DNA of 63,765 bases, the filler included, from Choristocarpus tenellus KU-1152 (Eukaryota; Protista; Phaeophyceae): assembly GCA_964200185.2 (NCBI GenBank). It is 11 parts of 11 records of this genome, joined end to end, with 100 filler letters (N's around TTAATTAATTAA, not from the genome) between each part and the next. Parts side by side here need not be neighbours in the genome. Positions count along the whole stretch, not along the records: positions 4,427 to 15,276 come from CAXNAD020002670.1; positions 15,377 to 24,671 come from CAXNAD020003807.1; 9 more parts are not named here. One strand, given 5' to 3'. The position numbers were made by a program, and so were the translations under genes. Below the pieces are notes generated by a model that did not search any database, had not been told where the DNA came from, and saw nothing but the letters and a program-made list of their open reading frames with translations. This document shows, one piece after another, positions 10,957 to 22,599 of this stretch; position 1 is the stretch's first letter; every line of letters starts with the position of its first letter.

Positions 10957-11214
10957 GGGTGAAAGTATCTTAGAGGGTACGAATTTTATCCTGTTTGTCC
11001 ATTTGGGGCTTGGCTTCCCATGGGTGTTTTTATGACATATTCCTACTCCAGAATGTTTCGGGGTAGGTAAAAAGTATACGTTATGAAAACGCGTGTCCGA
11101 AACATAGATATTGACACTTCCTAACAAACACGATAGCCAAAACTACATCAAATTCGTAAAATTGGATTTTGGCCCCTAAATGGACGCGGCTCTACCCTTA
11201 AGATAATTTGGCTC
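10957..11214 (+). mobile_element. MITE family A, full copy
   Basis: Same TIRs and interior as 536-793. Confidence 0.85.
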
Positions 11215-11965
11215 GTTTGTACTTATTGACTCTTTGTGTTACATTGAGCAGTGCAATCAGTATTATTCTTTTGGTAAGTAAATTCAAGAGTAAAAGCGGA
11301 ACGAATTTCTGTTGGACATTGAGCTAATCGTAGGTAAAACATTGGGGTATGTCGTAAGGAGAGTGATTGAGATAAACCGGTGTGAAGGATTGTGGTCAGT
11401 AGAATAGGAACTGAAGAATGAATAACGAAGAGTTCTGAGGTCTCAACGCCAAACGAAGGAGAACCAATTGCCAACAGAAGTTGACAAGTAGATAAGGTTA
11501 AGGTTGCCCTCATGGACAAGAACAGCTCATTTAATTCTGAGCAATTATTATTACCATGTACAACCAACCTTTTGAAGAGTGGTGAGATCATTATAAATAT
11601 TTTAACATTTAACACGGAAGTGTAAAACAGACGGAAACAGGCAGAGAAGTTCTTCTGACTGAAAGGGAGCAGGAAGACCAACAGGAGGAAGGGAATGGAC
11701 AGAGACTAGGCAAGAGGATGAGTAATCCCTCAGGGAGTAGTGAAGAGGACAGAGTGGATGAGGAGGGTTTGTAAGCTCTACTCAAACCACCCGATATTTA
11801 CTTCAATGAGCAGGTGCTGATGTCATATGAGGTAAGAGACCTTGAGGTGTATGTTCTCAAGGAAGGTCACTTTATAGGTATACCTTTGTTGGAAGGTGAC
11901 TATAATAAAAGTAAGTATGAAAGGTTAATATTGTAGTGGAGACCATGTCGATGGGGGAATAGTAT

Positions 11966-12045
11966 GACCAGGTGTCCGAGCGGTCTAAGGAGCTGTGTTA
12001 AGGCCGCAGTGTGCAAACGCGTGGGTTCGAATCCCACCCTGGTCA
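11966..12045 (+). tRNA. tRNA-Leu-AAG: tRNA-Leu(AAG)
   Basis: Acceptor GACCAGG/CCTGGTC, anticodon arm CTGTG-TTAAGGC-CGCAG, long variable arm, GTGGG-TTCGAAT-CCCAC; TTTT at 12050-12053. Confidence 0.95.
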
Positions 12046-12643
12046 GATATTTTGGACATCATCATGATATATGTTTGGAGTGTATTGTTGTATAAATAGT
12101 TGTTTGATAAGCCAGCAATCTTCTTTTGAAGGAAGTGTGATCAGCTTTGGACCAGCTCTTCAGCAGATTTCACTTCAGGGAGATTCAGTTTCGATAATCA
12201 AATGTCCACATTGCAAATGTGTATACTTGAACTATGACAGGGAAAGATTAATACAAATATATAGTAAAGTGTGTAGTAGTGCCTCTGACCGTGGGTTGGA
12301 CCAGTCCTCATACTAGATTTAATATAATAATACTAACACTAAATGATAATATCAATATATACATTTTTCGGGCTCTCTGATTTTTTGCAGGTCTCGTGTT
12401 TTGAATCACCACGAGACACTGCACTATATATTTGTATGTAATTGTTTTCTCTCTCATAGTGCACATATTTGCGAGATGAAAATTGGATTATCGAAACTGG
12501 ATCTCCTTCGAAGGAGATATGGTAAAGAGCTGGTCCAATTCCAGTCACACATTCTTCAAAAGAAGAATGCTGACCTATCTACTATCTATGCAACAAGAAA
12601 ACGTTCTCAACAAAACAGATGACGCAATGGCATCCAAACCATC

Positions 12644-12723
12644 TGACCAGGGTGGGATTCGAACCCACGCGTTTGCACACTGCGGCCTTAACACAGCTCC
12701 TTAGACCGCTCGGACACCTGGTC
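12644..12723 (-). tRNA. tRNA-Leu-AAG: tRNA-Leu(AAG), identical inverted copy
   Basis: Exact reverse complement of 11966-12045. Confidence 0.95.
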
Positions 12724-13444
12724 AACGTGCAATTTTTCTCGACCTTCTGTTCTACAAGAACACTAACAGTAACTATTGTTTCCACAACTTCTATGATGGA
12801 GTTTTGAGTGTATGTCCATTCATCATTATATGACAAACATTAGAAAAATAAAACTAGAAACATGGATACCTTGTAAAACGAAACCATTTGGCATTATTTG
12901 TAGTTAGGACCCAAAAAATAAACACAACTATAAATCTCATGTAATTTTGGCTCACTACTCGCACAATACGTGTACCTGATTGAGTCATACTGTAACGAAT
13001 AGGTCGGGGTATTTACATCCTCCGTTGTGATGTGAAATAATGTAATGTGTGTGCATGTAGAGTCAGGTAGATTGAGACTCAGGGATCGTTGCTAATATTG
13101 TGGGTTTGTGAATCAGATGGCCATCAGTACTTTTTTAAAAATAGTAGTTGCTACTATATACAGGGTAGGTAGTATTGAAGTATTGCCATCTTGCTCCAGT
13201 AGTATTGTCCTGCGCACATTTATATGTTTTGTTGCATCAACAAAAAGGATAGGTGCACACTCTATGATAGCGCTTGCAATGTGGAGTTTGGATCATACAA
13301 ACCAGATCTCTCTGAGGAGAAATCCGTGGAAGGGCTGGTCCGAAAAAGCCCAGACTTCCTTCGGGAGGAGGATGCTGGCTTATCAAAAAACTATCTGTAA
13401 AAGTGGACTCTCCAAACATGTGTCATGATGATGTCTAAAATGCT

Positions 13445-13524
13445 TGACCGGGGTGTGACTCGAACCCTCGCATGTACACACTAGGGGCTGAACACAGTTT
13501 CTTTAACCCTCAGACATATCATCA
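13445..13524 (-). pseudogene. tRNA-Leu pseudogene
   Basis: Decayed match to the tRNA-Leu genes (GGGTTCGAGTCACACCCCGGTCA). Shares an upstream block (ACAAACAT..GAAAAATAAAACTAGAAACAT) and the downstream trailer with 12644-12723. Confidence 0.7.
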
Positions 13525-13739
13525 CTCTAATTTTGTCTTCTCCATTCTGTTTCCGAAAAAAGCAGTGGTACTAATTCCATAGGAATTTTTTTTGTGTATC
13601 TGCTCGTTTATGAGTATGCGACAAACATTTGAAAAATAAAACTAGAAACATAGGTACCTTGTGAAACGAACCTACTCTTCTTGTTTAGAAAACAAATTCA
13701 TTTCCTATTGCCAAATAAGCAGGAGGACAGCAAGATACG

Positions 13740-14700
13740 TCCCGCACATTACATTATGGAGACATTGTTTGATGTCGTCAATGGAGCTTACCTACCAGGT
13801 AAAACTTAGGAGAAGCCGCGGAAACAGTATTGTCCCTTATCATACTATTTTGAACCACCCTATCTTAGCGGGGGTTTCGTCGAGTATTTGTGGTCTTCAT
13901 GACTGCCTTCTTGTCCTTGTCCTTCTAGCGTTTGAAGTTTCATCCCACTTAAATTGTCTTTGGACCCATGACCGGTTTTGAACTGTTGAGGAAGTTAGAT
14001 CTAAGGCTCATCTCGGACACATTTTCTAATGAGCAACCAAGTACTTGGTCAATGATGGTAATAGATGTTCGGTGTTGTTTACACTGTCATGCACTCCAGT
14101 AGGGGACTTTCTTTTTCCCAAAATATGTGAAGAGGTGAACAAACCTTCACATACCCCCAAACCACCACTGCACAAGAAAAACAATTATGGCTGACTCTGA
14201 GATAATAGTGGGACACGAAGGGCTAAATGACTCTTGGTATATGGTTCTATTCCGTGAGATGTACTTTATAGTGTCATTTTATGTGTGTCTCAACATGCAG
14301 GCAATATCTTGACATGCAGGCAATGCCATCGTTAGAACTAACTGTACCCTCTAATGTCTAATATGTGAAAGGGTGCACAAGCATAGAAGAAGTGCATGTC
14401 GAAGTCCCTTTTCTTCAAAAACGCCTTTTTTCTGCATTCAACCACCTTGTCTGAGGCCTGCTTCAATGACACTCGAGAGGAATAAACAGACTTACACAAT
14501 TTGCACATCAAGGGTTCGTGAGACATCATAGAAAAATTGAAAATCACAAGTTTGCCATCATTCTACATTGATCACTTGGCACGACATAGAATTTTAGGGA
14601 ATCAAGTATTGACTCATATGACGAACAATTGGCACTCGCAATTGAACATATCGCACGTCACAGGAGCACTCCCTGTTGTATAGCACTTATTTGAGAGGTG
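13740..14700 (-). pseudogene. Probable CxC/KDZ (Zisupton-group) transposase relic
   Basis: Scattered frames give DGKLVIFNFS..HEPL, NDGIAC, EGLFTSSH..KSP and FYLVGKLH*RH, in the order expected for KDZ motifs; many stops. Confidence 0.4.
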
Positions 14701-15099
14701 GCAGAAACCTACTGGGTTGAGTTACTTCCTTGTCGAAGGACCTACCCACGAATTCTTCCTCTGTAAGGTAAATTGCAGTCTTGAGGACTCTATCTACTTT
14801 ATGCCTATAGCTCCAATGTTGCAAAGCAAGTGTGGGGGAGGAGGAGGAGGAGGAGGAGGACGAGTGCTACGCACTCCATTTTGGAAGGATTTGGATCAAC
14901 CAATTAGAAGAAGTAATATTATTTCGTTCATCAAGCAGTATGGCGACATTTCCAAACATTAGGTACATCAGTTCCAGATAGGATAATCTCGCCCCTTACA
15001 TCACCTGCAACCTCTCAGGAAGATACAGAAAGTTCTCAGATTGTAAAAAAAGTACTTTACTAGTTGTAGCAATAATAACCCCCCCCAGTTACAAAATTT

Positions 15100-15276
15100 G
15101 GCTCAAAGTATCTGGGGGGGGTGGCGGCTGTCCATTTGTGGTCATTTTTTTCATGTCGCGATTTTTTGGCGATTTGGTTGCGTAGGTCGGACGGATAACG
15201 TAAGTGGACTTTTCCTGGTTATGCCCCCCCCCCCCCCTCAACCCTTGGGCTGTTGGTGGGGGTCATTGTCTACACC
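15100..15276 (+). mobile_element. MITE family B at contig end
   Basis: GGCTCAAAGTATCT-polyG-GGCTGTCCATTTG... Confidence 0.75.
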
Positions 15277-15376
15277 NNNNNNNNNNNNNNNNNNNNNNNN
15301 NNNNNNNNNNNNNNNNNNNNTTAATTAATTAANNNNNNNNNNNNNNNNNNNNNNNNNNNNNNNNNNNNNNNNNNNN
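15277..15376. other. Artificial contig linker
   Basis: 44 N + TTAATTAATTAA + 44 N. Confidence 0.97.
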
Positions 15377-15444
15377 ATAATTCAGTACAAGCTGTAGTAT
15401 TGTGTATCGTATCAACAAGAAACAAATGAATAGCCTATGTTTTA

Positions 15445-16762
15445 ACATAAACTTCCGCAACACATTGGGCCAGCCCTCGCAAGTGGAGTTTGGAGTGTCC
15501 AAGCATTACATGCAAGGGCTCTGGGAGGGTGTCGCCGATCAGCTCGCCCGTGGTCACATGCTTGACCTAGGGGTGACGGCACGTAGTGGGCGGCCTTCAG
15601 AGCTTCACACCGACCAAGATAGCCGCAATACATAGTATCAAACTCTAATAATCGGTCATCTACAATGCATCAGGTGACAGTGAAGATGGCCGCCAAGGGG
15701 CTGAATAATACCATGAGCACCACAAACAGGTGGTTGGATGATATGGGGGCCATACCGAATCGCCATCGGATCAAACCCAAGCTTAAATTGTGGCAGAAGG
15801 TATGGAGAATGGACTTTGTTAGCGATCAAATGGACCGAAAATGTGACTGAAATCTGGTTTTACGTGATGCCTGATGGGGAAAGGGTTAGGGTATTTCCGC
15901 ATGAGGATGGTAGCAACCTTCTAAGGTCCCCTACTATGCAGCACAAGAGTCATACCCCCCAAACCGTGATCATTGCAGTCAACGCCCACCCAGATTCGAC
16001 TCACAGCTTTGATGGAAAGCTTGGCGTTTGGCGTGTGTGTGTGTGCCAAAAACCGCAGGCAGGACAAGCAATAACCATAAAGAGGGGGATGTTTATGAGC
16101 AGGACTGTACTTTAGACCATTTGTGGTACAGGAAGTGGTACACGGAAGAGTTACTGCCTGCAATCAAGATCGAGATGCCTTGGTTGCAGAGAAGCACGTT
16201 GTCGTTCAGGAAGACAGTGCCACCCCCCACACGGGCAAGGGCAACTCAAAAATCTTGTCAGGGGCAGGGAAGACTGAGGGGTGGCCGATTAGGCTTGTAA
16301 CGCAGCCATCCAACTCCCCCAACCTCAATATCATGGACCTGTGCCTCTTCAGGTCTTTGAAATGCCGGGTGATGGGGGAGCGGTTTGGGTCCGTTGAGGA
16401 GATGGTGAAGGTCATTAAGAAACCGTATGAGGAGTATGATGAAACCACAGTTGAGAGGGCTTGGCAGCTCCTTTTTGTGGCGTACAATCAAGTACTTAGA
16501 TACAAAGGAGGGAATAACTTCAGTGTGGAGCGCACAGGGGTAAGGAAGAGGCAGTTGTCTGGTGAGCTTGAAAACACGCTGAAGGTAGACATGGAGACTT
16601 CTTCTGTGGGTGATAAAATTGTGATGGATGGGGAGTAATAAATATGAGAACTGACCCTTACCAGAAATTCGTCAAGAATTCCAAATCTTCTTTCAGATAT
16701 TAATTTCATCAACATCTTCAACAGTTATGACAACGCGGCACAGACTTATGGCACGGAGGCAG
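15445..16762 (+). mobile_element. Tc1/mariner (plant-mariner-like DDxD) transposon, 5'-truncated and frameshifted
   Basis: EIWFY, FDGKLGVW, LLPAIK..MPW, VVQEDSATPH...QPSNSPNLNIMDL. Ends CACGGAGGCAG|TA, a Stowaway-like TIR plus TA. Confidence 0.9.
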
Positions 16763-17385
16763 TATATGTTTACAGTCTTTCATATTTTCAAAGTTTTAGA
16801 GTCTTATTGCATCCAAATAAGTGACCGATTCCAATCTATTTAAGGCGTCTGTCTATACGACAACAGAGCGTCGCTTATATCTTTTCCCTTCAGAGAACAT
16901 AGATCTCTGTATGTTTATAATTGTCAGGGCTTTTCACCAAGGTCAGGCAGATAGCATATCCACAGACCGGCATATGGCAACGGATCAGCCCACCGTGTTG
17001 AAATAGTCGATGGCCATGGACTCGGTCATGTCTGAACTTGATTGTACATGGCCGGCCGAGGGACCTGGTCATTTTGAGTAGGGACGGTCATGAACTCGAC
17101 CATACTAGAACATTTTATCTATGGTCGGACAAGAAATATATTTAGTATCTTCAGGCGGCCACGTCATTCATGGTGATGCCTCGCTATTGACCGTTCACTC
17201 TACTTATATCTTCTTTCCTATACTACTATTGTTAGTACTAATAGAATGTATGTTATTTCTATAATATTTTCTACTTTTTTAGAGACTATCAAAAATTCAA
17301 AATTGAGTCCAAACACATCGTTGTGTGTTTGTTGTTTGGGTGCTGAGGCGATTTGTTTCTTCAAATTGTATTTTGACGCCATAAA

Positions 17386-17635
17386 CAGTGAAAGTATGTT
17401 AAGAGGGTACATACAAGTTTTGGCCTGTTTGTCCGTTAGGGGCTTGGCTTCCCATATTTTTTTGTGACATTTTCTTGTTCCGCAGTAGGTAAAATGTGTA
17501 CGTTATAAAAAGGTGTGTCTAGAACAAGGATATTGACACTTCCTAACGTACACGATGGCCAAAATTACATCAAAACCGCAATATTGGATTTTGACCCCAA
17601 ACGGAGACGGCTCTGCCCTCTAACATACTTGACTC
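17386..17635 (+). mobile_element. MITE family A
   Basis: TIRs present, TSD AAA/AAA. Confidence 0.8.
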
Positions 17636-18035
17636 AAAAATATAAATAGATTTTTGAAAAAATAATTCCATCCATGCATATGTGTTAGGGTAGCTCTTTC
17701 CTTGCCCCTCTACACAATATTTCTTAGGCCCTCTGCACTCTCAACTTCTTACACAAAATTAACGTCTTCTCTAGCAAAAAAAAATCCACCTGTGATAAAA
17801 TACCAGGTTTTCCCTATTACTGTTTTGGTTGCAGCAGGCATCTAGATAAAGTATCAAGAGCTGCCTTTACGCCACTGTCCTTTCTGGGTACCCAACACCA
17901 TGAAAAGGGAAGCGGTAGTGTGTGTTACAGATACTGCGAGCATTTACTAAGAACAGTCAACAGTAGGCCGCTTCAGTACACAGGAGAACCCCCCTATCTT
18001 CAGAAACCCCCACTGTCCTTGGGGAACCCCACTGT

Positions 18036-18180
18036 GGCTCGAAGTATCTGGGAGGTGGTGGCGGCAGCTGTCCATTTGGGGCCCATTTTTCCATATCACA
18101 ATTTTTTGTCAATTTGGTTGCATGTGTTGGATGGATAATGTAGGTGCACGTTTGCTGGTCAGGGCCCAAATAGACACCCT
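18036..18180 (+). mobile_element. MITE family B, truncated
   Basis: GGCTCGAAGTATCTGGGAGG...CTGTCCATTTGG. Confidence 0.7.
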
Positions 18181-18191
18181 GGTGTAGTCTT

Positions 18192-18304
18192 TGTTCGTAG
18201 ATAGTGATGCTGATACACTATAGACACCATCGGTGGAGTAGATAATAGATGGAGAGCCAGTGATATACCATATATATATTGACTCACTAGTGTCCACTGA
18301 TTTG
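18192..18304 (+). mobile_element. Partial LTR related to the 19980/22081 LTRs, opposite orientation
   Basis: TGTTCGTAGATAGTGATGCTGATACACTATAGACACCA is close to the reverse complement of 20313-20350. Confidence 0.75.
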
Positions 18305-18905
18305 TGTTACAGGCGAATAGCGCAAGCATTTCTTGTATTTCAACGAAGTTCGAGCATTTGTTACACGCGAATAGCGCGAGCATTTTCTCCTCATGTTTTA
18401 GGAAATACGAACATTTGTAACAGACGTACAGTGTAAGGATTATTTCTCGAGTTCTTGCAAGTACGAACTATATACGACATTAGTAACACATAGGTAGCCT
18501 TACAGAATAAGTGATTATTTTAAGATGCAGAGTAAGATTCGGAATACCTACGTAACACTACAGAGGAAAATGTCAAAGTCACTAAGAAGTTCAAGAATAG
18601 AGGCTTATGATTGGAGTACCTATAGAGTAGTTGATAGAAGACCAACGAAATCGAGTGGATGATGAGAATAATAAGAGAGATTCTCAAGTGGTATCACTTC
18701 TTCCTTCCTTATGCCTCAGTCTTTTATCTTTGAACGAAACATTGAGTCAAGCTTTGAGCTAAGCACTGAGTGGAGTATCAAGAGAAAGGCTATCTGACAC
18801 CCTACAACTCTTTGTAAAAGGCAACGCCCCCATAGCATCGTTTTAAGGTCATTAGATTTGAGTTGTACATCCTGTGGAGGTGAGTTCTGAGGGGCGCCTG
18901 TAACA
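18305..18905. mobile_element. LTR of the TGTTACA family
   Basis: TGTTACAGG...CCTGTGGAGGTGAGTTCTG..TGTAACA; colinear with 4871-5355, with extra 5' subrepeats. Confidence 0.82.
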
Positions 18906-19099
18906 AAACCTATTGTTATTCAAAAAATAATACGAGATTAGAGTGAAATCGGCTCGAAAATGTACTGGATTATAATCGGACTGTGAACGAAACACAAGTG
19001 GTGAGAAAAAAAAGGGGGGGATTCGAGAAACGAAATTATTTCAGATTATCTTCAATTCCGAGTTACTTTCTCCCACAACTAGATACACTTTGATCTGGA

Positions 19100-19660
19100 C
19101 AGACTTACTATTCCATCAATTCTACTCAACCATTGCAGTACCACTGGAGACCAACCAGTGTGACCAATCTTCACCACTGGTTTCCAGTCACCCACCAATG
19201 CAACCAATCCCATGTCTTAAGTGACCAACCAGTTCGACCAATCTTCGCAACTGATTTCCAGCCACCAGCCAACGAGGTCGATCACGCATATCCAGTGACA
19301 AAACCAATGTGAAAAATCTTCACCACTGATTTCCACTCACCAGCCATATCCGATGACCAAACAGTACACCAATCTTTGCCACTGATTTTTAGTCACCAGC
19401 AATATCTGATGACCAATCAGTGCGATCAATCCTTGGCACCAGTTTGCAGTTACCAATCAATGTGGACAATTTTCTCGAATCCATCCACCTTCCTCCACAG
19501 CAGTTTCCACCACTCCATTCAATACCACTCCATCCAACACCACTCCACATTTATCCAAGAACACCCCTCCATCATCCACTTCAATGACATGCCTTTGAAC
19601 TAGAGGACATGTACCCCACCAGAACATAACCTCCCTTCCCCCTTCCCCATCATCCAACTT
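19100..19660 (-). repeat. Degenerate tandem repeats (~50-bp unit) plus block homologous to 22600-23040
   Basis: GACCAACCAGT..CACTGATT(T)CCAG units, and CAACACCACTCCACA..ATCCAAGAACACCCCT..ATCCACTTCAA shared with 22930-22990. Confidence 0.7.
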
Positions 19661-19979
19661 GATCGTGAGCAATCGAAAGGGTGAGTGGGTAGGAAAGATT
19701 GCTCGGATGGGATATGCAACTCCTATCCATAAGAACGCTTGTGGACCATGAACCTCGTACAAGGCTCCATGATCCACATGTCGTCAAGTATGCTGGATCT
19801 TTCACTTTGATTGTAAACTTCTTAGAGAAACATTTGATACATAGCACTCCAGTACTTAATATAGATGCAGCATGTTAAGTGCGTATTAGTTGTCTTCAAT
19901 ACTCGTATCTTCCCGACCCATTTCCATCAATTTGGGAACTCATTTAACTAAACTATACCTACGATTCATACGAATCTTC

Positions 19980-22448
19980 TGTTGAACTATCCCACACTGG
20001 ACCCGCGGCTTTTATGGTGCTTTAAAGGACAAAGACCAGCTTGATATGGATGAACAAAGTTGGTATTACAAGGGCCTTTGTCGTCTCGATTCCGCTGACT
20101 GAGCTCGTGGGCGAGACTCTAGCCTTAACTACCATCATTACTCTCTATAGTGTGGGGTTTGTAATCGTCCACACTAATCACTATGAATTACTTATTTACT
20201 TATCTTAAATACAGGAAGTGTATCTTGAACATGATATAACCAATCAACACTATGAGTCAGTACATATAATATATCTGTCACTGACTCTCTACCCTATCAC
20301 ATAATCCACTAGTGGTGTCTATAGTGTATCAGCAGCACTATCTACGAACACTCTCCCTTGCTGCGTAGACACTATACACCCTTAGAATCTACTTCTCTGA
20401 AAACTTGAAAGAAATAAACTTTTGCTAATTCTCTCAAAAACAATGCAGTAAATATACCCTAATATCAAAGTTGACATTGGGTCTGTGTAGGTACAAAAAA
20501 AACAGTTATCAATTCTAAACCGTCATCCTACTGCAGCCTCCCGTGGAAACATTATGGGATACTTTCTCCTGCAAGTCCTTAGCGATGTCCCATTGCGTCT
20601 CCCACAATTCATGAAACGGCAAGGTCCTTGGCAATACATCCAGCGTCTCCTACAATCAACGAAACTTCCCTAGTACATCACTACTGCAGATAATCAGAAT
20701 ACAGATCCTACCTCATATCTACCTCCCTATTGTAGCCTCCAGTGGAAACATTATGGGGCACTTTCTCCTGCAAGTCCTTAGCGATGTCCCATTGCGTCTC
20801 CCACAATCCATGAAATGGCAAGGTCCTTAGCAATACAACCAGCGTCTCCTATAGTCAACGAAACTTCCCTAGTACATCACCACTACAAATCTTCGGAACA
20901 AAGTAATATGGTGGAACTGTCATTTCCTACCTATCCTATCACATTCTCTACGAACACACCCTGGGGTGTTTTCTACTGTGGGTCCTTAGCCATACCAAAA
21001 TGTGTCTCCCACGATCCTGGAAATATCCCTAGTGTCACACCTAAAGTGAATCTTTGGAAAACGTAGTGCTAAACAATTGACTTATCAGTGAAATATCATG
21101 CACACAAGCACGAGGAAAGCCTCTCCCTGACTATAATAGCTCTTCTATCTAAAGTCAGTCTGTATAAAACATCACAGCTGTCACTTGACTACTGTGGGTA
21201 TGCACCAAAATACACAAGAGATGGGGGACAAACTCAAATCAAAACATGTAGAAAGACAAACACAAAAGAAGACATTCATAGAGAATAACGATCAGATTCA
21301 CCAAAATAAGAGCCGATGAACCCTTCTAACCTTTCCATCCTATCAGCAAGATCCTCTTGGTTGGAGGACGGAGGTGAAGCAGTCGACACCATATTGGCAT
21401 ACTTATCCCCTCTTCTTGGGGGTTTCCTGGCCTTTTCCCTTTCCTGAATGGTTAGCGGACATTCATCATAGTCATGTCCTATCCCCCTGGACCTGGACAT
21501 CTTCCATCTCTATCTTCATCTTCCCTCATTCTTGCAGAGGCACCTGCGTGTCGTCCCCTGTCCAGGTTGGGGCAGTCGCCTCTCACGTGGCCATCTCTGC
21601 CACACAAGTAACAGACTATTCGCCCCTTCCCGCGACCCTTTTCTGCCAGCAGCTTTACTATTCACCCTCCTTCCTGAAACAAGGGCGTGAGCATTCTGTT
21701 TTCGCCATCCATCTCCACGATTGGAGAGGTTAAGCGCTAATGCAGTTGGCACACCGTCTTCTAATGTTACCGTGGCAGCTGAAGCACTCGTGCACTATCC
21801 TTTGAACTTGGGTGCAGCGTTCCTTGACTCCACGTCCAAATCGACCCTTCACAGACTATGTCAGGATCAAGTAGCGCAAAGTCGCAGCTACAAACAATTC
21901 GGATGACCTAAGAATGAACCGCAAAACCGAAGAAATCCACTCCCTACTTCCCAGCTAATGTGGGGAGGTTGGCGACCCTGATGGGGTTTCCGGCAGATTT
22001 CTTGTACACTATAACAATGCTCACTACCATTCTTGTCGCTTTGCACAACGTCCCAGGAATATTCGGTCCACTACGTAGCGTGTTGAACTATCCCACACTG
22101 GAACTGCGGCTTTTATGGTGCTTTAAAGAAGGACAAAGAACAGCTTGATATGGATGAACAAAGTTGGCATTACAAGGGCCTTTGTCGTCTCGATTCCGCT
22201 GACTGAGCTCGTGGGTGAGACTCTAGCCTTAACTACCATCATTACTCTCTATAGTGTGGGGTTTGTAATTGTCCACACTATTACTATGAATTACTTATTT
22301 ACTTAAGTATAGGAAGTGTATCTTGAACATGATGTAACCAATCAACACTATGAGTCAGTACATATAATATATCTGTCACTGGCTCTCTACCCTATCACAT
22401 AATCCACCAGTGGTGTCTATAGTGTACCAGCAGCACTATCTACGAACA
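19980..22448 (-). mobile_element. Intact-ended non-autonomous LTR retrotransposon (gag knuckles only)
   Basis: LTRs 19980-20350 and 22081-22448 (TG...CA, ~96% identical by eye), 5-bp TSD TCTTC, PPT AAGGGAGAG abutting the 3' LTR, CYLCGRDGHVRGDC at 21572-21613, no pol. Confidence 0.92.
20527..20890. repeat. Tandem duplication of ~200 bp inside the LTR element
   Basis: GCCTCC.GTGGAAACATTATGGG...AAACTTCCCTAGTACATCAC occurs twice, at ~20527 and ~20726. Confidence 0.85.
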
Positions 22449-22599
22449 TCTTCACCCTATAAACACCTTCCAGCAAGATATGTCCTCATACAAGGTTTGG
22501 CTAACAATTATTTTCCAAGTAAAGGAGTCCAGGGAACAATCTGGATAGGAATGTCAAAATTTTCTACTCTATACTTTGTCTTGCTCACGAATTCTGGAT

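Noticed and set aside
10032-13428. Small protein family encoded in the tRNA trailers (FGPAL..IS peptides)
   Set aside because: Similarity follows from DNA homology; there is no shared start/stop and other frames contain stops.
19130-19460. CRISPR-like repeat-spacer pattern (also 22658-22870)
   Set aside because: Whole units are homologous degenerate tandem repeats attached to a YR retroelement end.
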